A stretch of 64,000 nucleotides of DNA, from positions 2,914,001-2,978,000 of the forward strand of contig OZ176053.1 in NCBI GenBank assembly GCA_964247055.1, in the 5' to 3' direction. Below, in pieces: positions 25,629-39,692 of this stretch. Position numbers and translations under genes: made by a program. Every line of letters starts with the position of its first letter. The first letter of the stretch is position 1. This DNA is from Paragordius varius. Its lineage: Eukaryota > Animalia > Nematomorpha. The notes beneath the pieces were generated by a model, which was given only the letters and a program-made list of their open reading frames with translations, made no database searches and was not told the DNA's origin.

Positions 25629-25877
25629 CAGGGGTCTCTAAGACAAATGGTTTGGCGTGCCGCATTTTTGACTAGAAAACTCTAACGGGCCATAATTCGA
25701 GATATATATGGGTTTCAAATAATTTATTAGATTTCCTGACTTTAAAAATAAATAAAAATATAGTTTTAGCTCCTGCTATTGAAGAGGTTAATATAGTAAA
25801 ATTGTTTGAGAATTAATTTTATTTAGTTTTTTAACATATTTTTGCAAATTAATTTCCAAAAATTTTCGCTGGCCGAG
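25629..25877 (+). mobile_element. hAT (Charlie/Buster-like) MITE with the right TIR lost
   Basis: Starts CAGGGGTCTC. The 8-bp direct repeat GTCTAAAT at 25621-28 and 25878-85 fits the NTCTARAN target preference. Related ends occur at about 22940, 29950-29971 and 41126-41407. Confidence 0.45.
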
Positions 25878-27437
25878 GTCTAAATCTAGTCAAAAGTTTC
25901 AAATCACTCCTATTTCTTTACTCTTATTTTAACAGTCATATATCTGACACTGATCAAAACATATTTTTTTTGGTAATTTGATTTTAACTATTTTAAAGAT
26001 ATCTGTATAAAGGCAAAATTGACGAAAATCATATCTTTTTAATTTCTGTCACTTTTATGATAATAAATCAAAATCCCATCTCCAAAAATTTTCATACATA
26101 TCAATTAATCTATAATTTGCAATTATTTGCTGGTCGGAGTGATTATAAAACAACTTATATTTGATGGCTTAAAATAATCTTACAAACTCAATACATTATA
26201 AATTAATTTTCTTGAGAATTTAGATTTTAGTCAGTAAAAAATTATTTGTACTTAAATTTGTATTGCTCTAAGGTAGTTACTACCCCAAAATGCAACTAAA
26301 CGTAGTAAAAAATCTTTGTCGTGTTCTGTCACATTCCGACAGTATAATAAAGTGGAAACATTTATTGAACGCTAAATAAATTAAGATTAATATTTTGAAA
26401 TCCAAATTAGACAATGAGTATTATAGACTTGTATGTATTAAAATAATATATTATGATTAATTTATGACAAAAACTACTTAGCAATGAAGGGAATTAGAAA
26501 AATTATTATAATTTAAGCCATCGTGACTGCAATTAGTTACATAACCATGATTTATGCATAAAAAATTTTTTGCCTTAACAAATTATTTAACGTGTTGGTC
26601 GTCCGTAGCACGCATAAATAGCACGGATAAAATGTTCATTATTTTATGGAAAATAATTTATATTAAACTCTGCTTAGTTAAAACTGTTTGAAATTTTAGC
26701 TAACCAAAAAGGATAAGTAGAAAATTATAATAATAATAACTAATTATCACAGTCCTTTAACTACAATCCATCCAACAATTTATTTATACATGCTAAATAA
26801 TTTAAAATAGTTTTTCTGACATAATTATATATGCAGACATGTCTTGTCCAGAGAACTAATTTCCAACTTAAGTGCTGGACAACAGTATAATATAATTAGA
26901 GAGACAATTTGTCTGGAAAAAACAATTCTCTAGCTAATTTGAATTTTAAAACTATATATTCATGATAAAACTTATTTATTTATTTAGTAATTCATCACAA
27001 CTTATGAAGAAATTTATTGTACTTTTTGGTTCAGGAAGAAATATTATGTAATGATCATATTTTTGCATAAATTCATTAGGCTTTTAAAATTATTAAATAT
27101 ATTTCAAATTTATTAACTTGCGCGCATTATAATTAACTCAAAGGAGAGCCAAATGTTTAAAATTAAAATATTTGACATTTTCACCCTTTGGTATAGTTCA
27201 CTGAAGCGATTTCAAGAGAATATTGGTTTAATTAGATTCTTGTAAGGACCAAATACTTTTTCTGTCTGGCTTCACATATTAACGGTGACAAATTTAGGGT
27301 CACATCAGTTTTGTATTTTTGAAAAATTAACTCCAAAAAATAGCCCAAACTAATTTTAAGCAGTCATCCAGAATCTTTTTATTAATTCATCAAAATGGCT
27401 AACTTTGCAAATTAACAAAGTAAAAGTACAAAATTAA

Positions 27438-28195
27438 ATGGGCTTTGAACCGGATCGATAAAAACAAAACCGAAACCGCTGTGGTTCTTAGACGAGGCGA
27501 AACCGGCCTGGCTCCAAAAAAATAAAAATAGACCGGGGTGGTTCATTAAAAATTAAATGGGTTCGGAATCGGTTCTTTACATTTGGAACCGGTTCTATTT
27601 TGGTTCCTGCTGACTACAACCAGGCTGTTAGTGGTTTTTTGAATTTCAGGAGCTGGTAAATTTAAGTTTTAGTGCAAAAATATCAAAAGACATAACCTGA
27701 ATATATTAAACGTATTTTCCCTTTTCCTAGGCTATGAGTCTTCAATATATATAGTTTATATATTTTTACCAAAAGTTTCTTTATCAATAGGGTAAATGTT
27801 CTTAACTATGGAATAATAATTCACGTAAATTATTATCTATCTGGTATTATTTAAAAGTAAAGGGTAAATATACAGAAAAAAATTGTCAATATGTAAATTC
27901 TATTTTAATCGGATACGAAAAAAAATGTTATCATATGATAACTTTTTTAAAAAAATAATTTTAAATAACATATTTTTAAATTATGAAGATCAAGATCAAT
28001 TTAAATTTAAATAATAAAATGAATAATAAATTTTAACTTATTTTGGAGGTGGGCCGAAATCACGCTTTTAAAGATTAAATGGAAGGGCGGGTATTAAGAA
28101 AGGCACACCGGAACAAGGTCGGTTCCAACCCAACGGAACTGGTTCCTGCTAATCCCCGTAACCAGTTGTAATTTATGTTCCCTTTCGAAGCCCTG
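27438..28195. mobile_element. hAT-like element rich in GAACCGG/CCGGTTC subterminal motifs (boundaries uncertain)
   Basis: Left GGGCTTTGAACCGG and right TTCGAAGCCCTG (reverse complement CAGGGCTTCGAA). The same terminus or motif cluster occurs at 7561-7680, 8488-8545, 51249-51345 and 60230-60345. No matching TSD found. Confidence 0.4.
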
Positions 28196-28568
28196 TATTA
28201 TATACATTGGTTTAATTATTAATTAGGGGCGTCAAATAAGCAAATATGTTAAAATATATATTTTATTTTTTGTAAAAAAAAACTTTTCACTAATTTTTAA
28301 TTTAAACACTAATTTTTTGTAAATATTCGTCATGTAAAAATGGGAAGCCTTCTTAATGCATGATAGAAAATATCTAAATTGCTTTAAGTTCATAAAGCTT
28401 TAAAAACTATAAATTAAGATTAAATTAAACAAATTTTAATTACGTCATTTCACTCAAGATTTATAAAAAATGGTTAAGAGGTAAGGGTATGGGAGCCAAA
28501 TTACTTCTGATTTTATTTTAAGAGTGTTATACTTCACTTTAAATCAAAGATTATAGATTAATATGTGA

Positions 28569-28833
28569 TATACCATTTACTTTTCAAATTCACCCTTGAA
28601 CAATTTAAATTCACCCTCGAACAAATTAAATTAACCCTAAAATAAATTATTTGTCTTTTAAGATTGACAATTACCTATAAAATAAAATTTTGTTTAAAAT
28701 TAAAATAATAAAAATAATAAACTTAGCCATAAAGATATGTTTCATAAAACACCTAATTTATTTTTAGGGTGAATTTGAATGTTCAAGGGTAAATGTTTAT
28801 TGCTTGAGGGTGAATTTGATTGTAAATGGTATA
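28569..28833. mobile_element. Foldback-like MITE with 21-bp subterminal repeats (AAGGGTGAATTTGAATTGTTC type)
   Basis: Perfect 12-bp termini TATACCATTTAC / GTAAATGGTATA, with tandem 21-bp units in each arm. Confidence 0.75.
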
Positions 28834-30163
28834 TTTGTTGATTGGCAAAATAGATACATATTAATAGAAAATAATATATAGTATTTGTCTTTAGCATTTC
28901 TTGAACGTTTTAGCACACAACATTTCGTGGAGTCGATGTGAGGTGAAATACATTTATTGACCTAAATACCTGAAAAAATCTAAATTATTAATATATTTGA
29001 AAAAAATATTGTTTTGTTTAATTTTATTCTTATAAATTAATTATTTAATTCTTAATATAAAGTCTGTTATAATCTTACGGTGACATATTTAATATAGCAC
29101 CGTTCTTTAAAATCTTAAATTTCCCAATACAGCAACACATATTTACATTTGTCCCGATTTTGAATATTAAAACGTTGAATTTACAAATCATGCTATAATA
29201 AATTATTTATTTAAATGTATTACTTTTAATTATTGTTATAATTTAATTTTTTTTATTTGTTACAGTTTAAAAACCCGATATAGAAGTTTAATTAATAACT
29301 GGAGTGAGAAAGTTTGTTATAAAAATGTTTCATATTAATTTTATGATCGAAATTATTGATAATAAATATATTTGAAGCTTAGAAATGTCAGAAAATTTAG
29401 TCGTTAAAGATAAGGGTTAACTGCATTTGTATCAAGTCCTTTCGACTGTCTATGTATTCTTTTATGGTCTTTTATTACTCAGAAAATTGGTCGTTAGGTC
29501 ACATATCCATATCTGTTTTGATTTTTTACTGGTTTGAATATGACAAATTTATTAAATGGATATCACAGGAAAGAGTGCCCAACATACGGAGCTGAAAATC
29601 CAAGTACAATATATTTTATTAAAACAAATTTTTGGATAAATCTTTCCGAATTTTGGCAATGAACTAACAAAAATAAAGAATTAATAGTAGTCATTAGAAA
29701 CGTAAAACTAATAAAACATTTGTTAATCAAAAAATCTGACGGGCCGCATTCGCAAATTATATGGGCATTAATTAATATTTTATTGGTTCACATAAGACAA
29801 CGAAAACCACTGTTAATTTCAAAAATTTTTGTCAGTTCATTGCCAATCAGAAAGACTTACTCAAATTTGTTTAAGTAAATCACTTTTACTTAAAATCTCG
29901 TAAAATTTTGTAATTAACATTTCTCGCGGTCTCCATAAATATATTGGAGGGCCGTGTGTTGGCCACCCATGATTTAGAATTTTGCTCTATAATTTTAAAA
30001 ATATTATTATTCAAACTAGGTATATTATTCGGAGAATAGAATTGTAAATTTTTATGATTAATACTGGTTCCAACCATTTAAAATGTATAAGTTAGCAACA
30101 TCTAATCTATGATTAGCCAGTTTTTGCCATTACGGAACTCTTCAGTTTAATAAACCGTCGGAA

Positions 30164-30200
<37 letters not shown>

Positions 30201-30506
30201 AACACAATCATATTGCAACAATTTATTAATAACAATTATCTATAATAAAAATAGGATAATCAATAAATTATATGTATTATAAAATGTGATGGATGCATTT
30301 ACCAATTTTTATTATGTAATATTGTTAGAATATAATAATACAAAAGTTTATGTATATGGGCAATTTTCATACTTTTTGGTTATTTTGTGAATGTTGGTTG
30401 GTTATTGGAGTGAGCACATTTTTTTAATACTTATATAATTAAATATATAAACTATAGATAAAATTGGAGGCGGTTTATGATAAAAACATATTTTAGCACA
30501 AAACAA

Positions 30507-31706
30507 CTAATCAATCAAACGTTTCTTGTATTCTTCCCATAAATTGGTATATTCAATGCCTGCCTTCTTCTCTTGCTATTATCCAATAGATGGTGCAACA
30601 ATGTTATTTATTCTGCTCCCTTGTAAGATTTGATGTTGATTTCTGTCATCTTCAAGATCAAACCATGTCCCAGTTGAGGCCGCAGTGTTTGAATCAAACA
30701 TTTCATTGATATCCATAACATTACTGTTGTAACTGGTAGAATCTGACGTGGCTAAAGATTCAGATGACAGTACAGACGAGATTGACGATTCGTCGGGATT
30801 TGGGATGGAATTTAGTTGTATTACAACATTATTTTTATTCTCAATATGCTGGTCCGGCGAAATTTGTGCCAAACCTGTTTGATTGTTATGACCTTGTCGA
30901 ATTTTTCCATAATCTATTGGCCTTGATTGATGTTTGACTTTGTCACAATATTGTGTGGGCAGCAATTCTGGGGAGGAGCTCTTTACCTCTAACGTATGTT
31001 GTGGTAAATTTTGGGCATTTCGATTTGGAGGCGCTTGTATATAACTTCTAAGATATTCGTCTTCTTCAGAATAACCATTCCAAACCCAAGCGCGTTGAGA
31101 GCTCGTGTTTTTCAAGTCATGATTATTGTAGTTATAGCGATTGACATAACATTTGTGAAAATTATATTCTTCGCCATCTGGCCTTGATATATGTGTCGTG
31201 GTAGGAAAATTTAAAATCACGTCACGCTTTGTATTTGTATGTTTGCTAGAATCGATACATTGTAATTGGATTGGTTTTTGCCTACAAACATTAGTGGTAT
31301 CATGAGATGTTCCTTTTTGAGATTGATTGAAATATTGTGAATCCAAGTTAGCGCTGTTGAAATTCAGGTCGCGTTGTAAATTGTGGAAACGTTTTTCCCC
31401 TTTAAGCAAATCTTGCGTTTCCTCCATTTTATCAATGTTTTTGTTATCATAACTGTGCTTTACTCTTGTGGAGGGTGTGGCAGTATTGATATTTTTGTTA
31501 GTTTTTCCACTTTTTATACCATTATTACTGTTGCTGGTGGAAGATAAGAATTTAGACATGAAAGATGATGACGATGATGAAATGTTTTTATTGTCTCGAT
31601 TAGTAGTGGATTGATTAATAATCGTATTGTTTTGAAATTGATTGGATTTATTGGAACAATTTGGTGGTGATGTCGATATCGCAGAAAATTTACAGTTAAA
31701 TCGCAT
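30507..31706 (-). CDS. Uncharacterised Ser/Asn-rich low-complexity protein; probable last 22 codons after a 24-nt intron; upstream exons possible
   Basis: 1128-nt open frame (375 aa) with coding-like composition. Candidate GT-AG intron 30599-30576 restores the in-frame tail QEKKAGIEYTNLWEEYKKRLID*. A possible acceptor CAG lies at 31715-31713. Confidence 0.65.
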
Positions 31707-33783
31707 TATGACCTGGTTTGGATATTTTATAATATAAATAAATGTGGAAATAAGGTAAGAAGCTAATACTAAAAATAATGGTAGTAAATTGTAATAAAGT
31801 TTTGAATATACAGAGATGAGACGCGAAAGCAGTTATAACCACACAATACTGCCTCTGCCTTGTGTTAGGTTTTATATTTTTACCACAAATTATAGAAAAA
31901 TAAAAAAATTAGTATACTAAAATATTCTAAATTTTTTTATACGTATACACTTATAAAAAATGCATAATTTCGTACTAGTTATGCCTAGCATTAACGCAAA
32001 AATGTAAAAATAGTTGTAGATTTTTAGATAATAATATAAGTAATGTTGTAGTGGAGAAAAATATACGATATTATAGAGAATAAATTGTATAGACACAAAA
32101 AGCAAAACAGACTAGACGGTTCAACAAAACATGGTAAAAAAATATTTTATACATTTTTTTAAATATGTATATAACCTTTTCGTATTCAAATAACATTTTT
32201 TTGTAAATAAAATGTGATTTGTACTGTAAAACATGTAAATCTTTCATCGTTTATATTATTTTTTAATTTTATAACATAAATCGCGGTTTTAATTTATTAC
32301 AGTAAACACCTAACAAATTGTTTTATAGAGTTTTTAAGTTAATTGAAAATTAAAAGTGCGCGAACAGGTATTATTCCCTATGAACAAATAAGCCCCAGAT
32401 TTTGCTTTATTTATGATTTATTATTTGTCCAATTAAAACTTATTGACACGCCGTTTTTATGTAGTTACAAGGTCTATTATTGGCCCTTTTTGTTATTTAT
32501 CGTGCTAAAAGAGGTTTTAATTAATAGTCTATTAGTATGTGATATATTCTATTATTTAGTTAAATTTAAAAGTATGCACATTTATGATGGCCTATTTACA
32601 TTATAGTTGGCCGAATAGCAACACAATATTGTATGGGTAGAAACGACACAATGTTGAAATTAAACAATTTTTCCCTTCTTACACCATTAATTTGTTTATT
32701 TAATTTATGGAAAAATTTGTTGTCCAAAAAAGCTACTGTATCACCAATTGACCAACATTAATGATGGGAATAGCCCAACATAAATGTGAATACTGTATTA
32801 CATACAGGATATTTTTTGCTAACTGGAACCATCTTAAAATTCAATTAAAATAAAATTATACATACCAGCAGACTGTAAATTAAATACCCTTTTAGCCAAT
32901 AAAAAAACTGAAATAACCAATAATAGCTCTCGTCACATAATTAAAATCTATTGTATAATTTGATTATGTTAATTCAATGAATGATAATGGTTTTAAAGCT
33001 CATTAGTTTTCTTTTGAATTTTTATGTAAGAAATTTTTTACCTGCTACAATTCAGTTATTCCCAACCAATACATAATAGTCAATAATACGGCTTTATAAT
33101 GCATAACATTAAATGTTAGTTTTAGACTTTACATCCACAATATGTAATTATACTTTTACCTGAGACAAATGAATATTGTTTAAAATTAAAGGTAAGCATT
33201 AGGGTTAAATAAGTTCATATATTGTTTACAATTGGTCAATTACAATATACTGTCTATATCTAATATTATATGGAAACAAATTAATTATATGATTATAAAG
33301 TGTATCTCGTAACCTCGAAAATCAGGATGATATGAAAATTGAGAGGAGAAAAAATTATATCAAAATCTTTATAATTTAACAAAAATATTTTTTAGAAAAA
33401 TATAAAATCGGTGAAAATAGCGAAGCGAAAAGTAGTACGTGATGCATCACTCTGGATTAAGACTAAGTAAATTGTGGTTTTAATAGTAATAAATTTTGTC
33501 TGTGGCTTTTACGTCTAGTACACAAGTATATGACCCGCACATACACCTTTTTAAAAAACAAAAAATTGTTAAAAAGATTGAAACATAATAATAATAATAA
33601 TAATAGTCTCTATTTTACATTAAGATCATCCTTAAAGAGTTTAAAACTAATGTGTTAAAAAATAAAACAGTAAAATGAAAACCAAATTATGTTTTATTTC
33701 AAAAAAATACACAAAAGTAATTTGTTTGATCTTTTTGAACATTCAGCCAGCGCTAGTATTAAAAAATATATGTGTGTATGTTA

Positions 33784-33945
33784 CAGTGGCGTATGCAGTA
33801 AAAGATTGTTAGTGCAAAATAATCTTAATGAACACAAAACAGGGGGACATTTTTCATATATTAAAGTCCTATTTATAAACATATCCATAATATCCCCCTT
33901 TTAAGATTATTTTGCACTAACAATCTTTTACTGCATACGCTACTG
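33784..33945. mobile_element. 162-bp MITE with 45-bp near-perfect TIRs, flanked by TA
   Basis: CAGTGGCGTATGCAGTAAAAGATTGTTAGTGCAAAATAATCTTAA and its reverse complement differ at one base. TA lies on both sides. Confidence 0.85.
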
Positions 33946-35744
33946 TAAAAGGTAAAATGTATGTTTAATGCGAAAATTCAAATTTCGTTACATTCTATCG
34001 TAGAAAAAACGATTATAGTTTACAAAAGATGGTAGCAAAAGATGTGTGCGATTGAATTAGAATGACTACATGTTTGTGTGTCATTTTTGTGGCCAGACGA
34101 GACACATTAGACAATTAACATCAGTAGTGTGTTGGAACATCAAAAATATAATGTTTCTCTTGTCTTTTTGTCATTTTATACACACATACGTATAAATGTG
34201 CTGTTCTAACTTTTTTTTACTATATCCTAAATACTTGGATTTATTTAATGTTTACGCTACATCAAATATGAAAAGCAAAAGAAAATGATATTAAATTATT
34301 TGTGACGTTTAATCTTTTTGGATGTCTTCTTTTTGGTTCAAAAGGGTGTGGACCACATTTCCTTTATAGTGTTTTCTTTGATGCCTGTGAACATATTCAA
34401 GCAAAATATAAATGATGTGTTTGACCATAAGTTCATCATTTCATAATGATGGCGAATTCTGTCCATTGCAATGAAAAATGAGTTTTTAGTTTGGAATATA
34501 ACGACTGATTTTATAATATATTTATGATTTTTTATTCAATTTATTAAAAAGATTGAATATGAGAAAAATAATGGTAACTATCCAATTTTTCTTTAATTTT
34601 TTAAATAATTGACCATTAATTTTTATGACCTTTTGGGGTATTTCGTATCCCAAAGCAATTTAAAATTTGAATAACTCAAAAAGTATTTAAAATATTAAAC
34701 CGAATTTAAAAATATGCTGTCTTTAGCCTTTTAAACGCATTATATTTTTTTAAAAAAATGTAAAATTGTGAAAATATTCTCATCTCAAATATTTAGCCGC
34801 CATTTAAATAATTAACTTTGATAAGCTTTTGCATTTTACCGCGTAACACTTGATATGATTTTGAAATCAGCTGTTAAGCTCTATCGCTTTTGGAGCTGTG
34901 CCAATTAATGATTCTAGAAGTCGAAAAACTGTAAAATATAAGATTTATTAAATATCAATGTTTGATAATTAAATTTCAACTAAAACTTTCAAAACAGTAG
35001 ATTTACAAGATTTGCTCTGGTATATAAAACTACTCCAATATCGCGTACATAATAATGAAAAGGTTATGAAGTGTTGTCATTAACGCTTCTTGTAACTTAA
35101 AAGTATGCTTGTAGCTAGAGTATTATACATTCGCAAAAATATGAATCTTTAAAAAAATTAAGAAATGAATATTAAAATTAATATATAATAAATTCAGATA
35201 GTTACTATTAATTAAACATTTTTTTATAAAGAATCTTTGAAATTGTGCTTGTCAGATGATATCAATAGATATTGATATTGAATGGAATTTATAATTAAAG
35301 ATGTACAAATCATACTTTAATAAATAATCATAGGAGTTTTGACTTCTGAATATGGGAATAATGAGATGGTTTGGACAGACAAAAAAATTTAAATTTATAT
35401 GATTGATATGAAAGCAATGAATAGACGCTTATTTTAAAACCGACTCTTGTTTTAACAATATATTTATCTGCTTTGAACACTCATTTTTTGTCGCTATTTA
35501 TTTTCAATACCAGTCGATAGTGAAATATAATATTCACGGGTAGTATAACATTACAAATTTCATCAAAGAGGACATAGATACTAGGTGGATTCATAAGTCA
35601 TTACTCGGTTATCTAAGAGAATATGTTAGTAAAAAGTAAGGAGACGATTAATTTACGTACCCTATATTTTTCATCTTACATTGGATCACAATTACCCATA
35701 ATCGCCCCCAAAAGGTAGCATCTTATTTTTATTAATCTATAATC

Positions 35745-36390
35745 ATGTAAAGTTTTGTGCCTGAAAAAGAACATCTGGGGCACAATTCAAAAGTTGCTCG
35801 GTAAATGGGTCCGCAAATGGACGTTAAATCAAAAAGTGACTTATGAAACTTGTCTAAACGTCGCGAAAGAAAATCATTTTTGGACCAAATTGTGATGAGT
35901 GGTGAGAAATGGCTTTATTTTATAAATCAAAGGCATGAAAAATCGTGGCTTCGACCTTGCCTGTCTATTAACATCAAAACCAAATAGCTTGATAAAAAAA
36001 TCAGGCTCGGTGTCTAGTTGCGGTATTATGTATTATGAACATTTGTGGCTCGGGGAACGTTAGAACGCTATCGGCAACAAATAATTAATTTAAACCATGA
36101 ATTAAAAAAACCGGAATGGGCTAGAAGACACATCAAAAGGATTTTTCCTGACAATGATCCGTCTCACACAATGAAACCAGTGAAAGAATGGAACTTCTCC
36201 CGCCTCATCCCGACATGACGCCATCTGACTAGGAGCCCATGCTCGCAGAGCTGCAGTTCGTAATAATAAAAAGGTTGGAAAATAGCTTGAATAATGGTTT
36301 GCCACAAAAGACAATCAGTTTTTCTGGAAATTTATATATTATGGACGAAATCAGAAGAAGCCGGTAAAAACTTATGCCTGCACCGGTATA
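35745..36390 (+). mobile_element. Decayed mariner (DD34D) transposase relic
   Basis: Fragments FVPEKEHL, GKWV, FLDQIVMSGEKWLYF, PDNDPSH (HDNA-like), HPDMTPSD* (SPDLAPSDY-like) and WFATKD.QFFW. Internal deletions and stops. Probable 3' TIR AAAACTTATGCCTGCACCGGTA near 36367-36388. Confidence 0.8.
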
Positions 36391-38913
36391 GAAGTCATAA
36401 ATTATTACAAATTTTAAAATGGAGTTATCTAACAATGATATTAAATCGAAAATAATAGAAATGGCTTAAAAATTATAAGGATTCATGGTGCTTTTGGTTT
36501 CGGGGACAAGCACTTATGAAAGTTCCTTTTGCGGTTGCATATCGAAAAAGTCGTAAAATTTAAACATTACAAATTAAATGGTAACTTAAACAAAATATTT
36601 TATAAATATATATTCAATCCATTTAAATATATCGTGATATATTTTTTTATATATCAATCAAAAACAAAATGTTGTTGGGTATAAAGAAAATAAAGGAAAC
36701 TTTAAGGACACACATAAATATATGGTATGTTATCCGGATCGTGATTGTTTTTTTAAAACATAAAATATAAGATAATAAATAATACAATATTAAATATATG
36801 TTTTTATTATTTTTGGCTGACTATAGGGTTTCTTCGAATAAAGTAGCAAATTTGTTTAAACTGTTTTAATTTTTGATAATTTAGGCCTTGTAAAAAATCG
36901 ACAGAGTGGATCATCTGATTAATTTTTCGGCGCTTTCTATAAGAAAAAGGCACATTACAAGGGGTAGTCAAGGGTAGTTCTAATCTATATATATATTCAT
37001 ATTTTAATTGTATCCTACATTAAAAAGCTGTCCAAAGATTTTTTACAAATATATATTAACAAAAGAAATACATGTACCAGAGATGTCCGACATGCTTTTT
37101 TTGGCAAAAGTGCTTTAAAAAGAAAAAATTGGATTTCAATCAAATTACGATTATTTAGAAGATACTATATCATCCAAAATTGGGCTCACAATAAATTAAA
37201 AAAAGCAAAAATTATCAAAGCTACCGCAAAGTTATTTTGTTAGACACCCCTCCCTAGACAATATAATTCTAAGCGAAAAAACAATTGGAAAATAGTTAAC
37301 AATTTGTACATGAATTGATAATTTGATAGGATACAAGGTTACATCGTACATCATAAGTTTTTAAATATATAATAAAAAAATTAATTTTTCAAATTTAAAA
37401 TTTTTAAATAATGAAACTATCAGTTTTTAAATTTGAAGGGTCAATTTAAGGGGTCAGCTATTGAAATAAAAAATTATAAATATGCTTTACAGTAGATTAA
37501 ATTATTAAATTTATAAGCTATAACCTCGACATTAGTAAAGCGAAAAATAAAATTAGAATTTGAAATTTATAACCATTCTTTAATCTGATAATTTTTAAAG
37601 TAATTATAGCTTTTTATTATAACTTAACTAAAATTTAGTCACTTCGTCTATCCTTAATAAAAAATTTCGTAAAATTATCATTGTGAAAAGTCGTATTATT
37701 TAGATATAATATACTTTAAAATAAGCATTATTTTTACTTCGGGCAATGGTTAGTTGACTGGTTTTAAAATTTATTGCGTAAATTGCGTAGTACTGTAATT
37801 TTTTTATGTTTCCACACTAGGATAGAAACCGCAGACACTGGCTCAAAGAGAAAATGGATATCAATAAATATCTATATTTTTGGTGTGCTGCTCAAAAAAA
37901 TAATTATAAATGATATAATTATTAATATAATAATTTTTTTCATTTTAAAACATACTCAATAATTAAAACATAAATAAAACACGTCGAGTCTAGACTACTA
38001 ATCAAAACTATTAAAATTTTTGATTGTGTTAATTTTTATAGGTACTAAAAAAACCATTTCTAATTACAGGTTTATCTCCTCTTTTCTCTTGGTACAGTAC
38101 AACATTTTTGCAAAAAGAATTTATAAATTGTTGTTTTTAAATATAAATGATTAATTTAATTTCTTGGGAATTCGCTTGAGTTTATTAAATCTAAGTTAAT
38201 AACTGTTTAATATATCGCAATCATAATTTGTATTTGACTTAATTAAATTTTAGTTTTTAATACCAAACCTGATTATACAATTTTGCGTTTTATTTATTTC
38301 AAGAGTTAAAATTTAACTTCACCTCTTGGTCGTTCAATGACTTTAGAATTTTGTGACAGGGAAAAAAACTGTAAATTTTTTAATATAAAATTTGCATTTT
38401 CATTACAGTATTATAAATTTTACAAATGCGCATATTACTTATTATGCTATCATTATATAATACAAATGAAAATATTGAAATATTAATTTCTATATGATAT
38501 TTTTAATACCAAAAATAGAAAACATATTTTACATTAGTATTAAGAGGCAAAAAATAACGAATACAGACAGACAAACAGATATTTGAACTTTTTATTTGCA
38601 TAAATAACTGTAAAAAAGTCTTTGGACTTTAAAAATCCATATTCAACGTTTCACAATTTGATATGTAATATGCAATTTGCATTTCTGAACTAAAATTTAT
38701 AATTTAAGCAAACCAAACGGTGGAAATAAAATATTGATTATAAAGTTTGCTATATGTTTATATACGAGAATAAAAATGTATAATTTAAATTTCGCGAAAA
38801 AAAGATGTGTCAGATAATCTATATATTTATAAAAAAGGAAAATAAAACAGGCGAATTCATACAGAAATTTAAAATATATTACTATAATTTCTATATTTTA
38901 CTTAGTAATTTAA

Positions 38914-39443
38914 CACCACATTCATTTCAGTCATTCGATTCAAATTGGGGTCGTGGATACCCCAGACTTGTTTAAAATTAAATATTTCAAAAAATATGTA
39001 ATAAATGAATCCATGGCAAAGTTTGCACTATAACATTTATGAACCGAAATATTAAAAAAATTCACTCCATAATACTTGATATAACATATTCAGAGGAAAC
39101 CAAGATAAAAATTTAGCTAACATGACATGTTTGCATAAATTAAATATAAAAATAATGCAAAATATACCACTTTTTCTCATATTCATGTTAAATGTGATTT
39201 TAATAAAAAAGTAAACTTAGTTTTAGCATTAACATCAAATTAACACGATATTTTGCAAAAATGTTGTAAAATAAAAATGGCGTCGAAGTAGTTTGATACG
39301 GAACTCTTTTTTCAAAACTAAATTTTAAGATATTTTGGCTTATTTATACAATTTATATTAGGGAAGCATGATTTTAAATTGGAACCGTTTTATTCAGAAG
39401 TTATCAACCTAAATATTGCCTGGGATATTTAGTTACCCAGAGT
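38914..39443 (+). mobile_element. piggyBac-type MITE, family copy 3 (left-end deletion, right end truncated)
   Basis: TTAA at 38910-13, then CAC...TTCGATTCAAATTGGGGT. The interior is collinear with 23869-24448. Confidence 0.75.
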
Positions 39444-39692
39444 ATATTTAAAACTTGTTTAGGGTATTATGTTTATGTTATATTACTTTTTATTTAATAT
39501 TTGCAGAGTATTCTAAATAGTAATCAACAACCATATTGTTAAATAACCTAACCTTATATAGGTTAAACCATTAAATTTTTAGCTGAATTTAATTAAATAT
39601 ATTTAAATACTAAAGAATATTGAAAATATTATATATTTTATACATTTTTATGTTTGCAATTGGTATAATACTGCCTATGGTTCACTTTAGAT

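Noticed and set aside
25414-25665. 83-aa minus-strand ORF and similar 60-90 aa K/I/F/Y/N-rich ORFs elsewhere (3610, 9487, 31917, 32343, 37774, 40074, 60325, 61936)
   Set aside because: Composition mirrors the AT-rich background, many rely on TTG starts, and they show no motifs or splice-consistent partners.
30576-30581. Stop-codon reassignment (ciliate-like code) suggested by coding-like sequence after TAA TAG
   Set aside because: The conserved genes terminate at TAA and have no internal stops in their exons; a 24-nt intron explains the case.
36102-36435. Minus-strand ORFs of 70 and 68 aa
   Set aside because: Antisense to the mariner relic.
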